A stretch of 64,000 nt of DNA from an uncultured Planctomycetaceae bacterium. GTDB taxonomy: Bacteria; Planctomycetota; Planctomycetia; Isosphaerales; Isosphaeraceae. The stretch covers positions 448,001 through 512,000 of the forward strand of contig CAWIAD010000001.1 of NCBI GenBank assembly GCA_963833985.1, in the 5' to 3' direction. A program made the translations under genes and the position numbers. Under the pieces are notes generated by a model. It saw only the letters and a list, made by a program, of their open reading frames with translations, was not told the origin of the DNA and searched no databases. This document shows positions 33,601 through 43,602 of this stretch, piece after piece (within the stretch, counting starts at the first letter, position 1; every line of letters starts with the position of its first letter).

Positions 33601-35873
33601 CCGCACCGTTCGTCACCGACACCGTGCCGCCGACGGTCGCCGTGACCAGCCCGGTGCCGGACAGCGTGATCAACGCCAGCACCACGCCGTTCAGCTTCGT
33701 GGTGAGTGCCAGCGAGAACCTGGACCTGACGCACTTCACCACGTCGCAGATCCAGCTTCTTCAGTCGTCTGCCAGCGGCAGCTTCACCACCGGGGCCACG
33801 CCGATCTCCATCAACCCGACGATCACGGTCAATTACCTGGACAAGGGAACCGGCGGTCCCGGTGCCGAGACGCTCAGCTTCACGTCGGCCACTCCGCTGG
33901 CCAACGGGCTGTACCAGCTCACGCTGCTGGGCTCGTCATCCGACAACGGCGTCCGCGACATCGCCGGCAACTTCCCCGCCAGCGGCGACGTCGTGGTCAC
34001 CTTCGCCGTGTTCAACCCGAACCTGGTGACCGGCCTCTTCGTGGGGGGCTCCACCTACATCACTGATCCGAGCCTGCCCCTGGGCGACCGCGCCAACCCG
34101 TTCCCCACCATCGCGGCAGCCCTGGCGTCCGCGACCATCGGCGACCGCATCGAGATCCTGCCCGGCGTCTACACCGAGAGCGTGACGATGCAGCCCTTCG
34201 TGAGCATCGTCTCGGCCGCGACCACCAGTACCGATACCAGCTACATCCCCGGCAACGCACTGAGCACCATCATCCGCGCTCCGGCCGTCGCTTCGGGAAC
34301 TGGCTCTGTCACGGTGGCAGCCACGAACCTGGCGACGTTCACCAACAGCGCCACGGGCCAGGTGTTCCAGACCGAGCTTGGCGGACTGACCATCGCCTCG
34401 CCGCTGGTTGGCGACCCTGCCCTGGGACCGATCAATCCGCTATCGATCGGCGTCTACTCCAACAACTCCAGCTTCCTGATCGATCGCAGCTACATCATCG
34501 ACTCTGGCCAGGGAATCCTGGCCAGCACCCAGGGCTCGGCCTCGGCCGCGCCGACGATCGAGAACGACGGGATCATCGGCAACACCTACGGCTTGACGGT
34601 TCAGGACGCCGGCTCGACCAATACTGCCACGGTGACTTCGGTCATCAACAACACCTTCGCTTACAACACGATCGGTCTGCTGGCGGTGAACAACGCGAGC
34701 ACCGGCAAGCAGCAGGCGCTGGTGGCCAACAACATCTTCTGGCAGAACCACGACCAGACCCTGGCCCGCAGTGGCGTGGGCGTGTACTCCCAGAACACCA
34801 ACAAGCTGCTGCTCGTGAGCAACCTGTTCTCCGGCAACGGCCCCAGCGACACCAGCAGCGCCTACGCCGCGGTCAATATCGGCAACGGGTTCGACTCGAC
34901 CAAGCTCGGCCCGCTGGCGAGCAATGCGGCTTCAAACATGGGCAACTTCACGGGCTACCCCGCGTTCATTGCCCCCTACGATCCGCGTCCCGGTTCGGAC
35001 GGCCCCGCCACGTTCTTCCTCGACGCCAACTTCGGTCTGCTCTCGACCTCCTCCGCGATCAACAACGCACAGGAGAGCGTGGCCACCAAGACCGACTTCC
35101 TGGGCAACGCCGAGAATCCGAACCCCACCAACCTGGGATTCAAGCTGCCCGGCCTTGGCCCCAGGGACGTGGGTGCGTTCGAGTACGAACCGCTGGGAAC
35201 CAGCGGCACGACATCGGTCGGCGGGGCCTTCCGCGTGATCACCACGTCGCTGGTCCCCGACGGCGGAACGCAGGCCAACGGCAGCGTGCTCTACCTCTCG
35301 CCAGCGCCCTCGTCGATCATCATCGACTTTTCACAGCCCGTGAACCCGGGCACCGTGCAGGCCACCGACCTGCTGCTCTCCGGCTCCGATATCAACTCGG
35401 CCTCGCCGGTGAAGGCAACGAGCGTGAGCTGGATCGATAACCACACGGCCCGCTTCAACCTGAGCGGCCAGTTCAATCCCGTCGGCACGATCAACCTGGC
35501 GCTGGCGAACGGCGCGATCAAGAGCGCGACCGGGCAGCCCATGGTCACCTACTCCGACCAGGTCGTGCTCAACACCACGCAACCCGCGCCGACGCCCACG
35601 CCAACCCCCACGCCGACACCGACTCCGACACCGACGCCGACCCCCTCGCCAACCCCGACACCGACGCCGACTCCAACGCTGCCTGCCCCGGTCACACCGG
35701 CGCCCGCACCGGCGCCGACGACCCCTCCGGGCAAGAAGCACAGGACCCTGCCGGTCAGGCATGTTCCGCCGCCGAAGCACCGGCCAATCCCGGTGAAGCG
35801 GACTTTGCCCGTGCACAGGACGGCCGCCCCGATCACGCGGAAGCCGCCAACCTTCCACGGCAAGAAGAAGTGA
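24623..35873 (+). CDS. Giant (~3750 aa) exported surface protein: subtilase (S8)-like domain, Ig-like repeats, beta-helix regions, Pro-Thr linker and basic tail. Frameshift near 26387.
   Basis: RRRNPLKLECLEERLLL export motif, DEGRAMAQ, FFGTSSAAPNTAAIAAL, GYGLINA, repeated DxxGNxLDGE Ig modules, DIGAYEY/DVGAFEY, (PT)n. ORFs 24518..27070 and 26211..35873 join with one extra base. Confidence 0.85.
35584..35680 (+). repeat. Pro-Thr dipeptide repeat (coding linker)
   Basis: CCN-ACN codon repeats encoding PAPTPTPTPTPTPTPTPTPTPSPTPTPTPTPT. Confidence 0.9.
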
Positions 35874-35902
35874 TCCTCGACTCGTACCTTCGTTCAGTCC
35901 CG

Positions 35903-35934
35903 CGGGCGGCTCCTCGGAGCCGCCCGTTTTCTTT
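35903..35934 (+). terminator. Rho-independent terminator after the giant gene
   Basis: CGGGCGGCTCC-TC-GGAGCCGCCCG followed by TTTTCTTT. Confidence 0.75.
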
Positions 35935-36031
35935 GGGACGCACTCGGACCAGACCCGGCAGGGGAACGCCTCTCGGGGTCAGGAAATGTGCCCGGCCGGT
36001 GATCGAGCCCGCGCTTCCGGAGACTTCTGGG

Positions 36032-37489
36032 TTATTCCGGCAGCCACTTGAGCACGGGCGTCTTGGCGGCCTTCACCTCGTCGAGACGGCTCACCGGCGT
36101 CGTGTGCGGGGCGTCGTGCAGCATGCCTGGATCCTCGGTGGTGATCTGCCGCAGGGCCCGGGCAAACGCCTCCAGGGTTTCGCGGCTCTCGGTCTCGGTG
36201 GGCTCGATCATGAGCGCTTCCGGGACGATGAGCGGGAAATACACCGTCGGCGCGTGGAAGTTGTAGTCGATGAGCCGCTTGCCGATATCCATGGCGCGGA
36301 TGCCGCGGTCCCTGGCCAGATTCCGGGCCGACGCCACGAACTCGTGCATGCAGCGCGTTCCAAACGGCACGGGATAGACGTCTTTCACCAGCGCCAGCAG
36401 ATAATTCGCGTTCAGCACCGCGTGCTCGGCCACGCGCTTCAGTCCCTCGGGCCCCTGGCTGCGAATGTAGCAATAAGCTCGAAACAGCACCCCGGTGTTG
36501 CCGAAGAACGCGCGCACGCGGCCGATGCTCCGGGGCCGGTCATGATCCAGGAAGTAGGTGCCGTCGCTGCGCTGGCCCACCAGGGGAGCCGGCAGGAAGG
36601 GGGCCAGGTGGTCGCGCACGGCAATCGGGCCGGCCCCGGGACCGCCGCCGCCGTGAGGGCCGGAAAAGGTCTTGTGCGGGTTATAGTGCATCAGGTCCAC
36701 GCCCATATCGCCCGGCCGGACCACGCCCAGGATCGCATTCATGTTGGCGCCGTCGAGATAGAGCTGCGCGCCACGCTCGTGCAGCAGCCGCGCGATCTCG
36801 CCGATCTGCGGGTCGAAGAGGCCCACCGTGTTGGGATTGGTGATCATGAAGACCGCGGTCTGGTCGCTCAGCTTGGCCTTGAAGTCGGCCAGGTCCACGA
36901 TGCCGCAGGCATTGCTCTTGATGGTCACCGCCTCGAATCCGGCCAGGTGTGCCGAGGCCGGGTTCGTGCCGTGGGCGCTGTCGGGAACAAGTACCTGGGT
37001 GCGCCGCTCTCCCTTGTCGCGGAAGTAGGCGGCCGCCACCAGCAGCGCCGTCAGCTCTCCCTGGGCGCCGGCGGCGGGTTGCAGGCTCACCGCGTGCAGC
37101 CCGGCAATCTCCGCCAGGATCCCCTGAAGCTCGTACAGGAGGGCCAGCAGCCCCTGAAGCGTCTCATCATCCTGGTACGGGTGCTGGGCGCCGAGGCCGG
37201 GCAAGGCGGCCAGCCGCTCATTCCGCTTGGGGTTGTACTTCATCGTGCACGACCCGAGCGGATAGAAATTGGCATCGATCGCCATGTTCATGGTCGACAG
37301 GTTCGTGTAATGGCGCACCACGTCGAGCTCGCTCAGCTCGGGCAGCGCCGGCGGCAGGTCCGCCTGGTGGCCCTGGGGGATGAGCTCCCCGAGCGGCCGG
37401 TCCGGCACGTCGGCGGGCGGAAGGATGGCCGTGCTCCGGCCCGGCCGGCTGGATTCGAAGAGCAGGGGGGGCTGGTCGAGCTTGTACAT
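36032..37489 (-). CDS. gcvPB: Glycine dehydrogenase (decarboxylating) subunit 2
   Basis: FYPLGSCTMKYNP, QPAAGAQGE, SAHGTNPASA, YLDGANMNA, HYNPHKTFSGPHGGGGPG, EPTETES. Confidence 0.95.
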   Translation of the reverse strand: MYKLDQPPLLFESSRPGRSTAILPPADVPDRPLGELIPQGHQADLPPALPELSELDVVRHYTNLSTMNMAIDANFYPLGSCTMKYNPKRNERLAALPGLGAQHPYQDDETLQGLLALLYELQGILAEIAGLHAVSLQPAAGAQGELTALLVAAAYFRDKGERRTQVLVPDSAHGTNPASAHLAGFEAVTIKSNACGIVDLADFKAKLSDQTAVFMITNPNTVGLFDPQIGEIARLLHERGAQLYLDGANMNAILGVVRPGDMGVDLMHYNPHKTFSGPHGGGGPGAGPIAVRDHLAPFLPAPLVGQRSDGTYFLDHDRPRSIGRVRAFFGNTGVLFRAYCYIRSQGPEGLKRVAEHAVLNANYLLALVKDVYPVPFGTRCMHEFVASARNLARDRGIRAMDIGKRLIDYNFHAPTVYFPLIVPEALMIEPTETESRETLEAFARALRQITTEDPGMLHDAPHTTPVSRLDEVKAAKTPVLKWLPE

Positions 37490-37567
37490 CGGCGGACTGG
37501 TCCTGACGTGGAGCAAGATTTCCGGTTCTATTCGTGACCATGTGGCAACGGCACGTCTGGAGCAGCC

Positions 37568-38919
37568 TCAAACACGCTTCAAGGCCTGCTCGTACGCAGA
37601 GGCCAGACCGTCGATCTCCGGCCGTGTCCGCTTCTCGGTCACGGCGATGAGGATGCGGTCGGCCAGCTCGGGATACCAGCGTGAGAGGGCAATACCGCCG
37701 TGGTAGCCCTGCCGGCCAACTTCCCCCAGCAGGGCGCTCGCATCAGCCGGGCAGCGGATCACGAACTCCTTGAAGAAGGGGCCGGCAAATGCCAGCGAGA
37801 GCCCGGGCACGGCCGCCAGCCGCTCGGCCGCGTAGTGTGCCTTGCGGGTGGACAGCTCGGCCGCTTGCCGCAAACCGCCGGGCCCCATGGCCGCGAGGTA
37901 GATGCTGCTGCGCAGCGCCAGGAGCCCCTGGTTGGTGCAAATGTTGGAAGTGGCCTTCTCGCGACGGATATGCTGCTCGCGGGTCTGGAGGGTGAGGACC
38001 CAGCACCGCTTGCCATTGCGGTCGGTCGTCTGGCCGACGATCCGGCCGGGCATCTTCCGCAGGTGGGCCTCGCGGCAGGCGAGGATTCCCAGGTACGGCC
38101 CGCCGAACGACATCGGGTTGCCCAGTCCCTGGCCCTCCGCCACCACAATATCGGCGCCATAGTCGCCGGGCCGGCGCAGCAACCCCAGGCTGACAGGATC
38201 CACGCTCAGGATCGCCAGCGCCCCCGCGCATGCACCGCCTGCACCAGCTCTTCCACGTTCTCGAGCTGCCCGAAGAAATTGGGGAATTGCAGGACCACGG
38301 CGGCGGTGTCGTCCGTCAGCGCGGCCGCAAGGGTCCGGGCATCCACGGCTCCGTGCGGGGCGGGAACGGTGATCAGGCTCGGTTCCAGATGCTCTAGCGT
38401 GGTGGCCGCGATCTGCCGGTACTCGGGATGGACCGTTTCGGGCATGACCACGCGGCCGAACCGGCCGCTGATCGTGATCGCCATCAGGATCGCCTCGCTC
38501 ACGGCCGAGCCGCCGTCGTAGAGGCTGGCGTTGGAGACGTCCATCCCGGTCAACTGCGTGATCAGCGTCTGGTATTCAAAGGTGGCCTGCAAGGTCCCCT
38601 GGCTGGCCTCGGGCTGATACGGCGTATACGCCGTGTAAAACTCGCCCCGCGCGGCCAGGTGATCGACCACAGCGGGGATGAAGTGGTCGTAACTCCCCGC
38701 GCCCAGAAAGCAGACACGCTGATCGGCCCCCTGGTTGCGTGCCAGCAACTGGCTGACGTGATTCGTCAGCTCCAGCTCGGTGAGCGCCGGGCCGACGTCG
38801 AGCGGCCGTTTCAGCCGGAACTCGGCCGGCACCATGTCGAACAGGTGATCCAGCGAATCCAGGCCAATCGTCGCCAGCATCGCGCGAATGTCTGCGTCGG
38901 TATTTGCGATGTACGCCAT
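37568..38919 (-). CDS. gcvPA: Glycine dehydrogenase subunit 1, frameshift in a G-run near 38222
   Basis: FLGAGSYDH, FYTAYTPYQPEASQG, SNASLYDG, FGGPYLG, TREQHIRREKATSNICTNQ. Confidence 0.95.
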
Positions 38920-39080
38920 GTTCAAAGGGTTCCACGGCCAGATCAACGTGCTGATCGCCCGGCGATCAGCCCAGAATTGTGTTGTATGTACGGGACGGGC
39001 AGTCATCCACCCCCGGCGCGGGGAACCGGAGAGACCCGCCTGGCGTGTTGCCGTCGCGACCAGCCCGGTGGACCACGCGA

Positions 39081-39467
39081 TCAATGGGCGTCGGCCTCGA
39101 GCTGCTGCTGGTAGGCGGGGTAGTCCATCAGCGCCGTGAACTGCTCGACGTCGTCGACCTTCATCTTGATCAGCCAGCCCACATCGTAGGGGTCGTCGGC
39201 CAGGAGCTGGAGGTTCTCCACGATGGCGGTGTTGACCTCGGTGACTTCGCCGGTCATGGGGGCGTACAGGTCGCTCACGGCCTTGACGCTCTCGATCTCG
39301 CCGAAACTCTTCCCCTTCACCAGGCGGGTTCCCACCTCGGGCAGCTCGATCATGATCAGGTCGGTGAGCTGATCGACGGCGAACCGCGAGATTCCCACGG
39401 TGGCCGTGTAGTCCTTGAGATAGACCCATTCGTGACTCGAAGCATACCGCAGCTGGGTGGGATCCAT
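39081..39467 (-). CDS. gcvH: Glycine cleavage system H protein
   Basis: YASSHEWV, EIESVKAVSDLYAP (lipoyl-Lys), DPYDVGWL. Confidence 0.95.
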   Translation of the reverse strand: MDPTQLRYASSHEWVYLKDYTATVGISRFAVDQLTDLIMIELPEVGTRLVKGKSFGEIESVKAVSDLYAPMTGEVTEVNTAIVENLQLLADDPYDVGWLIKMKVDDVEQFTALMDYPAYQQQLEADAH

Positions 39468-39525
39468 CGGGCAATTCCTCTCTGGTGCGACGTTGGAAAA
39501 GCAGTGAACGATCGGGGGGACGACC

Positions 39526-40638
39526 CTAGCTTCGCGCGAGAGCAGGCCGCCGGTAAAACGGCAGGTCAACGACCACCGCGGGCTCCCGGCGGCCGCGGAC
39601 GTCCACCGCGAGCATCGTACCGGGGCGCACCAGCGCCGGTTCGACGTAGCCCATCGCCAGGCTGAGCTGCAAGGTCGGTGCAAACGTTCCCGAGCTGACC
39701 GCACCGACTTCCCGGCCGCCGTCAAGAATGACTGCGCCCTGGCGGGCGATGCGCTTGCCTTCAAGCCGCAGGCCCACGCGCACGGCTCCCGGGTTCCGCT
39801 TCCACTCACGGAGCGCGGAGCGGCCGACGAACTCGCCTTTCTCCAGCTTCACGGCCCAGCCCAGAAGCGCGGCGTAGGGGTTGGTGGCGGCCGACAGCTC
39901 GTGACCATAAAGGGGCATGGCTGCCTCGAACCGCAAGGTGTCCCGCGCCCCCAGCCCACAAGCAGTGATCCCGTGCGGCTGGCCGGATTCCAGGATCGCG
40001 TTCCAGACGCGCTCCGCCTGGCCCGCCGCGACGATCAATTCAAAGCCGTCCTCGCCCGTGTAGCCGGTGCGGCTGAAAACGGCATTCACGTCGCCCAGTA
40101 CGCGGCCCATGACGAGATGGTAATACTTGACGTCCGCCAGCGGCTGGTCGCACAGGGGCTGCACGGTGGCCAGGGCCTGCGGACCCTGGACGGCGATCAT
40201 GGCCGTGTCGCGCGTGCGGTCGTGAAAGTTCCCCACCGCGCCTTGCCTGTGCGCCTCGAACTGGCCCACCACGCTGTTCCGGTTCGAGGCGTTGCACACC
40301 AGGTAGAAGCCGTACTGGTGGCGATAGACCAGAATGTCGTCGATCAGGCCGCCCTGCTCGTTGGCCATCAAGCTGTACTGGATCTGGTCGAGATGAAGCT
40401 TCGCGACGTGGTTCGTCGTCACCCGCTCCAGCCAGTCAAGCATGCCCGGTCCGTCGAAGGTGAGCCGGCCCATGTGGCTGATGTCGAACACGCCGACCCG
40501 CTGGCGCACCGCCTGGTGCTCCTCCACGATGGTCGAGTACTGCACCGGCATGAGCCAGCCGCCAAACTCAACCATCCGCCCACCGTGGGACTGGTGCCAG
40601 TCGGAGAGCGGGGTCTTGAGCAACGTCGGCTCGGCCAT
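39526..40638 (-). CDS. gcvT: Glycine cleavage system aminomethyltransferase T
   Basis: KTPL, FGGWLMPVQY, FDISHMG, RTGYTGEDGFE, GLGARDTLRFEA, YGHEL. Confidence 0.95.
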   Translation of the reverse strand: MAEPTLLKTPLSDWHQSHGGRMVEFGGWLMPVQYSTIVEEHQAVRQRVGVFDISHMGRLTFDGPGMLDWLERVTTNHVAKLHLDQIQYSLMANEQGGLIDDILVYRHQYGFYLVCNASNRNSVVGQFEAHRQGAVGNFHDRTRDTAMIAVQGPQALATVQPLCDQPLADVKYYHLVMGRVLGDVNAVFSRTGYTGEDGFELIVAAGQAERVWNAILESGQPHGITACGLGARDTLRFEAAMPLYGHELSAATNPYAALLGWAVKLEKGEFVGRSALREWKRNPGAVRVGLRLEGKRIARQGAVILDGGREVGAVSSGTFAPTLQLSLAMGYVEPALVRPGTMLAVDVRGRREPAVVVDLPFYRRPALARS

Positions 40639-41358
40639 GGATGGATCACCCGGCAGACTTTGTTTGTAAGGTTTTGCCCGTTTATGGGAACATGATTCTA
40701 CTGGCAAACCCCTGGTAAAGGAAACACGACTCGCCCCGAACCAGCCGTTCCGCAACCTGGCCGATGTCGACCAACCGGGGCTTAGGCAAAGCTTCCGACT
40801 CGTGGGTTTTGTGCTTTCTTGGCCCCTCGACCATGCATGAGGGCGCTTCTCGAGAGATCGTAGGGTGGGTTGCGCTGCGCTGACCCCATAGCGTCCAACT
40901 TAAGGATTCCATTCCAGAAGTTCTGGATCCAAAAGGAGTTGGAATAGGCTGGGCCGTTTCTTCCGACGTTTCTTCTGAGCGACGCTAGCGATCGTCGTGG
41001 CCATGTCTCTCAAGGTGCGTATGAGCTCGTCGATGTTATCCAACGCTCGGGTCAGGGATTCCATCCAGTTCCGGATGACGCGGGCCGCTTTCCAGTGGCT
41101 GCGGCGGGGATCGGCCGCGTTCGCGGTCAGGAGCAGCCAATGCTGAAGCACCACGCCGATCAGTTTCGCCCAGAACAACGCCAGGCGTTCCATGCTGGTC
41201 CAGTGTGCACGCGACTCGGCGAGGTGGTTGTGAGATTTCCAAAGTTTGAACAGCAGTTCGATTTGCCAGCGCGTCCGATACAGGACCACGACCTCTTTCC
41301 ACGTCAGAAGTGCGGCCAGGCAGTTGGTCAGGAAAATCGTCCAGTCGCACAAGTCCAG

Positions 41359-43602
41359 CCTACTTTCCGCACATCTCGCCTTGACTATCTCCTAATTTCC
41401 GTGTGCCGTCTTTCGGCCTGTCAGGCTCAAATCTCGTAGGCTTTGGGTATCCCCAGCAGGCGCAGGATCCTCTTCTGGAGCCGAGTTAACTCTGTGCTGA
41501 AGACCTCAAGAGGGCGTTTCCCAGCCTTCAGGGAATGCTCTTGAACGTCCTCGTACAGGTCGATCACTTTTCGAGCCGTCGGGCGTCGGCAGGCCCGACC
41601 TTCGGAATACAGTGGCAGGCTCTCGATTCCCGCTCGTTCCATCGCGCGGCGGAGTTCTCGCTCCAACAGCGCCTCGACCAGCAACACGAAGAAGTACACG
41701 CAGAGCAAGGCCTGAATCCGACTCACCTCCTTCAGGTACATAGGCGCTACCACGAAGTCAGTCTTCAGGTGCTCGAACCGTCGTTCGATGGCCGGTTGCT
41801 GTTTGTAGGCCAAGAGCAGATCCTGCTCCGTCATCTTCGATTCGTTGCTCACCAGCGGGAAAATGCCATCACAGCGGGCCTCCTCATCCAGTCGCTCCAA
41901 CTCAATCCGATGCTTCAACGAGTAACGGAGCTTCTCCTCTCGGACGTACCGCGTGTCCTGTCCAGGCCGGCCGCGTCGCTCCTGGCGGAACTTTTCGGTG
42001 ACCTGCTCCTCGATCTCGACCGAGATCCACTCGGTGACCTCACAGTCCCGGAGCAGCTCCTCGACCGCCTCGGCGACCTTGGCTCGACTGCGGTACCGGG
42101 TTCGGGACGAGGCGAGCTTGGCACGCAGTTCGTCCAGTCGTTTCAACGCCTTCTCCAGCCGGGTCAGCCGTACCTCCGCATCCAACTCGGCCTTGCGTGT
42201 GCTGTGATACCAGATCAGCCGGTAACCCTCGGTGGTCTGGCTCGCAGGTTTGCAGATCGAGAAGCGGTCGGTCAACTGTCCCTTGTCGTCGTACTTGTCG
42301 TGGGTCCATCGCCACTGGATCTCTCCCCGGAGTACGGCGCCGCGGAAGGCACCGTCCTCACTGCGAGTTCGCGGCAGCACGCTGAGGAACCGACCGCCGC
42401 GCTGATGCAGATAGGCCATGTTCTCGGTGGTGGCCAGCTTGCAGTCGGCGATGTAGAGAAAGTCTCGGCGTCCGGTCAGTTGACAGAGCAACTCCCAGGT
42501 CTCCTGGTGAGAGCGGTCGTCGGTGGCGTTGCCGCTCTCGACGCGAAAGTGCACCGGGACGGCACCGTCGCCGGTCACGGTGAGGATGTAGAGTAGCTGC
42601 TTGAGGTCGGGGCGGTGGTCTTTGTTATGACCCCAGGTCACCGCCAACCGCAATTGTCCCCGCAGGGTTCGCTCCGCCTCCGCCGACTCGTAGTCACCGT
42701 GGAAAGTGATGGTGGTCGAGTCGTTGTGTAACTGGTCGAGGCTGACGTCGAATTCGCGTACGGCATGGGCCGCGACCTTCAGGGCCAACCCCGAGAGATT
42801 GGCGTCGAAGAGACGGTCGAGGGCCCGGCCAACTCGATCGTCGTTCATTGCGGCGACTTGGACATCGGACAACCCGAACAGTTTCGGCTCATGGCGGGCC
42901 ACCCACTCACCGACACCATAGAGTGGCTCACGCGAGATCAGCAGGTTGCGCAGCAGGACGAGCAAGGCCGTGGCCGTGGGGACCCGAGTGCGGCCGTCCT
43001 CATGGGGCAGGTGGTCGCAGAGAAACTCGCGAAGGCGGAGCCGACTCAGGAAGTGTTCCAGGATGGGCACGGCGGCAATCCGCCGCGTGTTGAGCGTGCG
43101 CTTGCGTCCCTTCGAGCGTGCCGTCTCGCCGGGTTGGCGCGGTCGTTGAGGTTCGTTCATGCGGATCATCTCCGGAGGGTTTGCAGCGAGTTGGCCGGTG
43201 TCCGCCGCCGGGCCTTCCAGGGCCGTGAGGGGAGCAGGCCGACCGCCGCAGGGCTTGCCGCAATGATGGCGGAGGAGATCGGGACGTCAAGGACAAAAAA
43301 TCTTGTGATTCACTTATGACAATTTGCCTTGACGTAAGTTGTGAGCCGCTCAACTTACGCTCATAGCCCGTGTCACAAGTCGTCGCGGCGAGAATCGCGG
43401 CGCGCGGCTGGACATTGCCAAGTCATAAGACAAGGCGAAGAATGGCTCGAGTTCAGGAACGGTCCGGTTGGCGAACCATCTGAACCGAACAAGGTCCCCG
43501 TGCCGATCGACTTGTAGATGTTTACCGACCCTGGGGCCGCGTCTGAGAAGATGGCCTCAGGTCGAATTCGGGGAAATCAAAGGGAGATGTGCGGAAAGTA
43601 GG
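41359..43602 (-). mobile_element. IS1634-family insertion sequence (2244 bp) nested in the IS4 transposase
   Basis: TIR CCTACTTTCCGCACATCTC / GAGATGTGCGGAAAGTAGG. 6-bp direct target duplication GTCCAG at 41353-41358 and 43603-43608. Confidence 0.9.
41427..43169 (-). CDS. IS1634-family transposase (intact ORF)
   Basis: NDDRVGRALD, HNDSTTITFHG, GHNKDHRPDLKQ, SGNATD, IADCKL, YKQQPAIERRFEHLK, RIQAL. Confidence 0.9.
   Translation of the reverse strand: MIRMNEPQRPRQPGETARSKGRKRTLNTRRIAAVPILEHFLSRLRLREFLCDHLPHEDGRTRVPTATALLVLLRNLLISREPLYGVGEWVARHEPKLFGLSDVQVAAMNDDRVGRALDRLFDANLSGLALKVAAHAVREFDVSLDQLHNDSTTITFHGDYESAEAERTLRGQLRLAVTWGHNKDHRPDLKQLLYILTVTGDGAVPVHFRVESGNATDDRSHQETWELLCQLTGRRDFLYIADCKLATTENMAYLHQRGGRFLSVLPRTRSEDGAFRGAVLRGEIQWRWTHDKYDDKGQLTDRFSICKPASQTTEGYRLIWYHSTRKAELDAEVRLTRLEKALKRLDELRAKLASSRTRYRSRAKVAEAVEELLRDCEVTEWISVEIEEQVTEKFRQERRGRPGQDTRYVREEKLRYSLKHRIELERLDEEARCDGIFPLVSNESKMTEQDLLLAYKQQPAIERRFEHLKTDFVVAPMYLKEVSRIQALLCVYFFVLLVEALLERELRRAMERAGIESLPLYSEGRACRRPTARKVIDLYEDVQEHSLKAGKRPLEVFSTELTRLQKRILRLLGIPKAYEI

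Noticed and set aside
40639..40860. Glycine riboswitch upstream of gcvT
   Set aside because: The minus strand lacks the GGAGA...CCGAAG...CTCTCAGG aptamer signatures.
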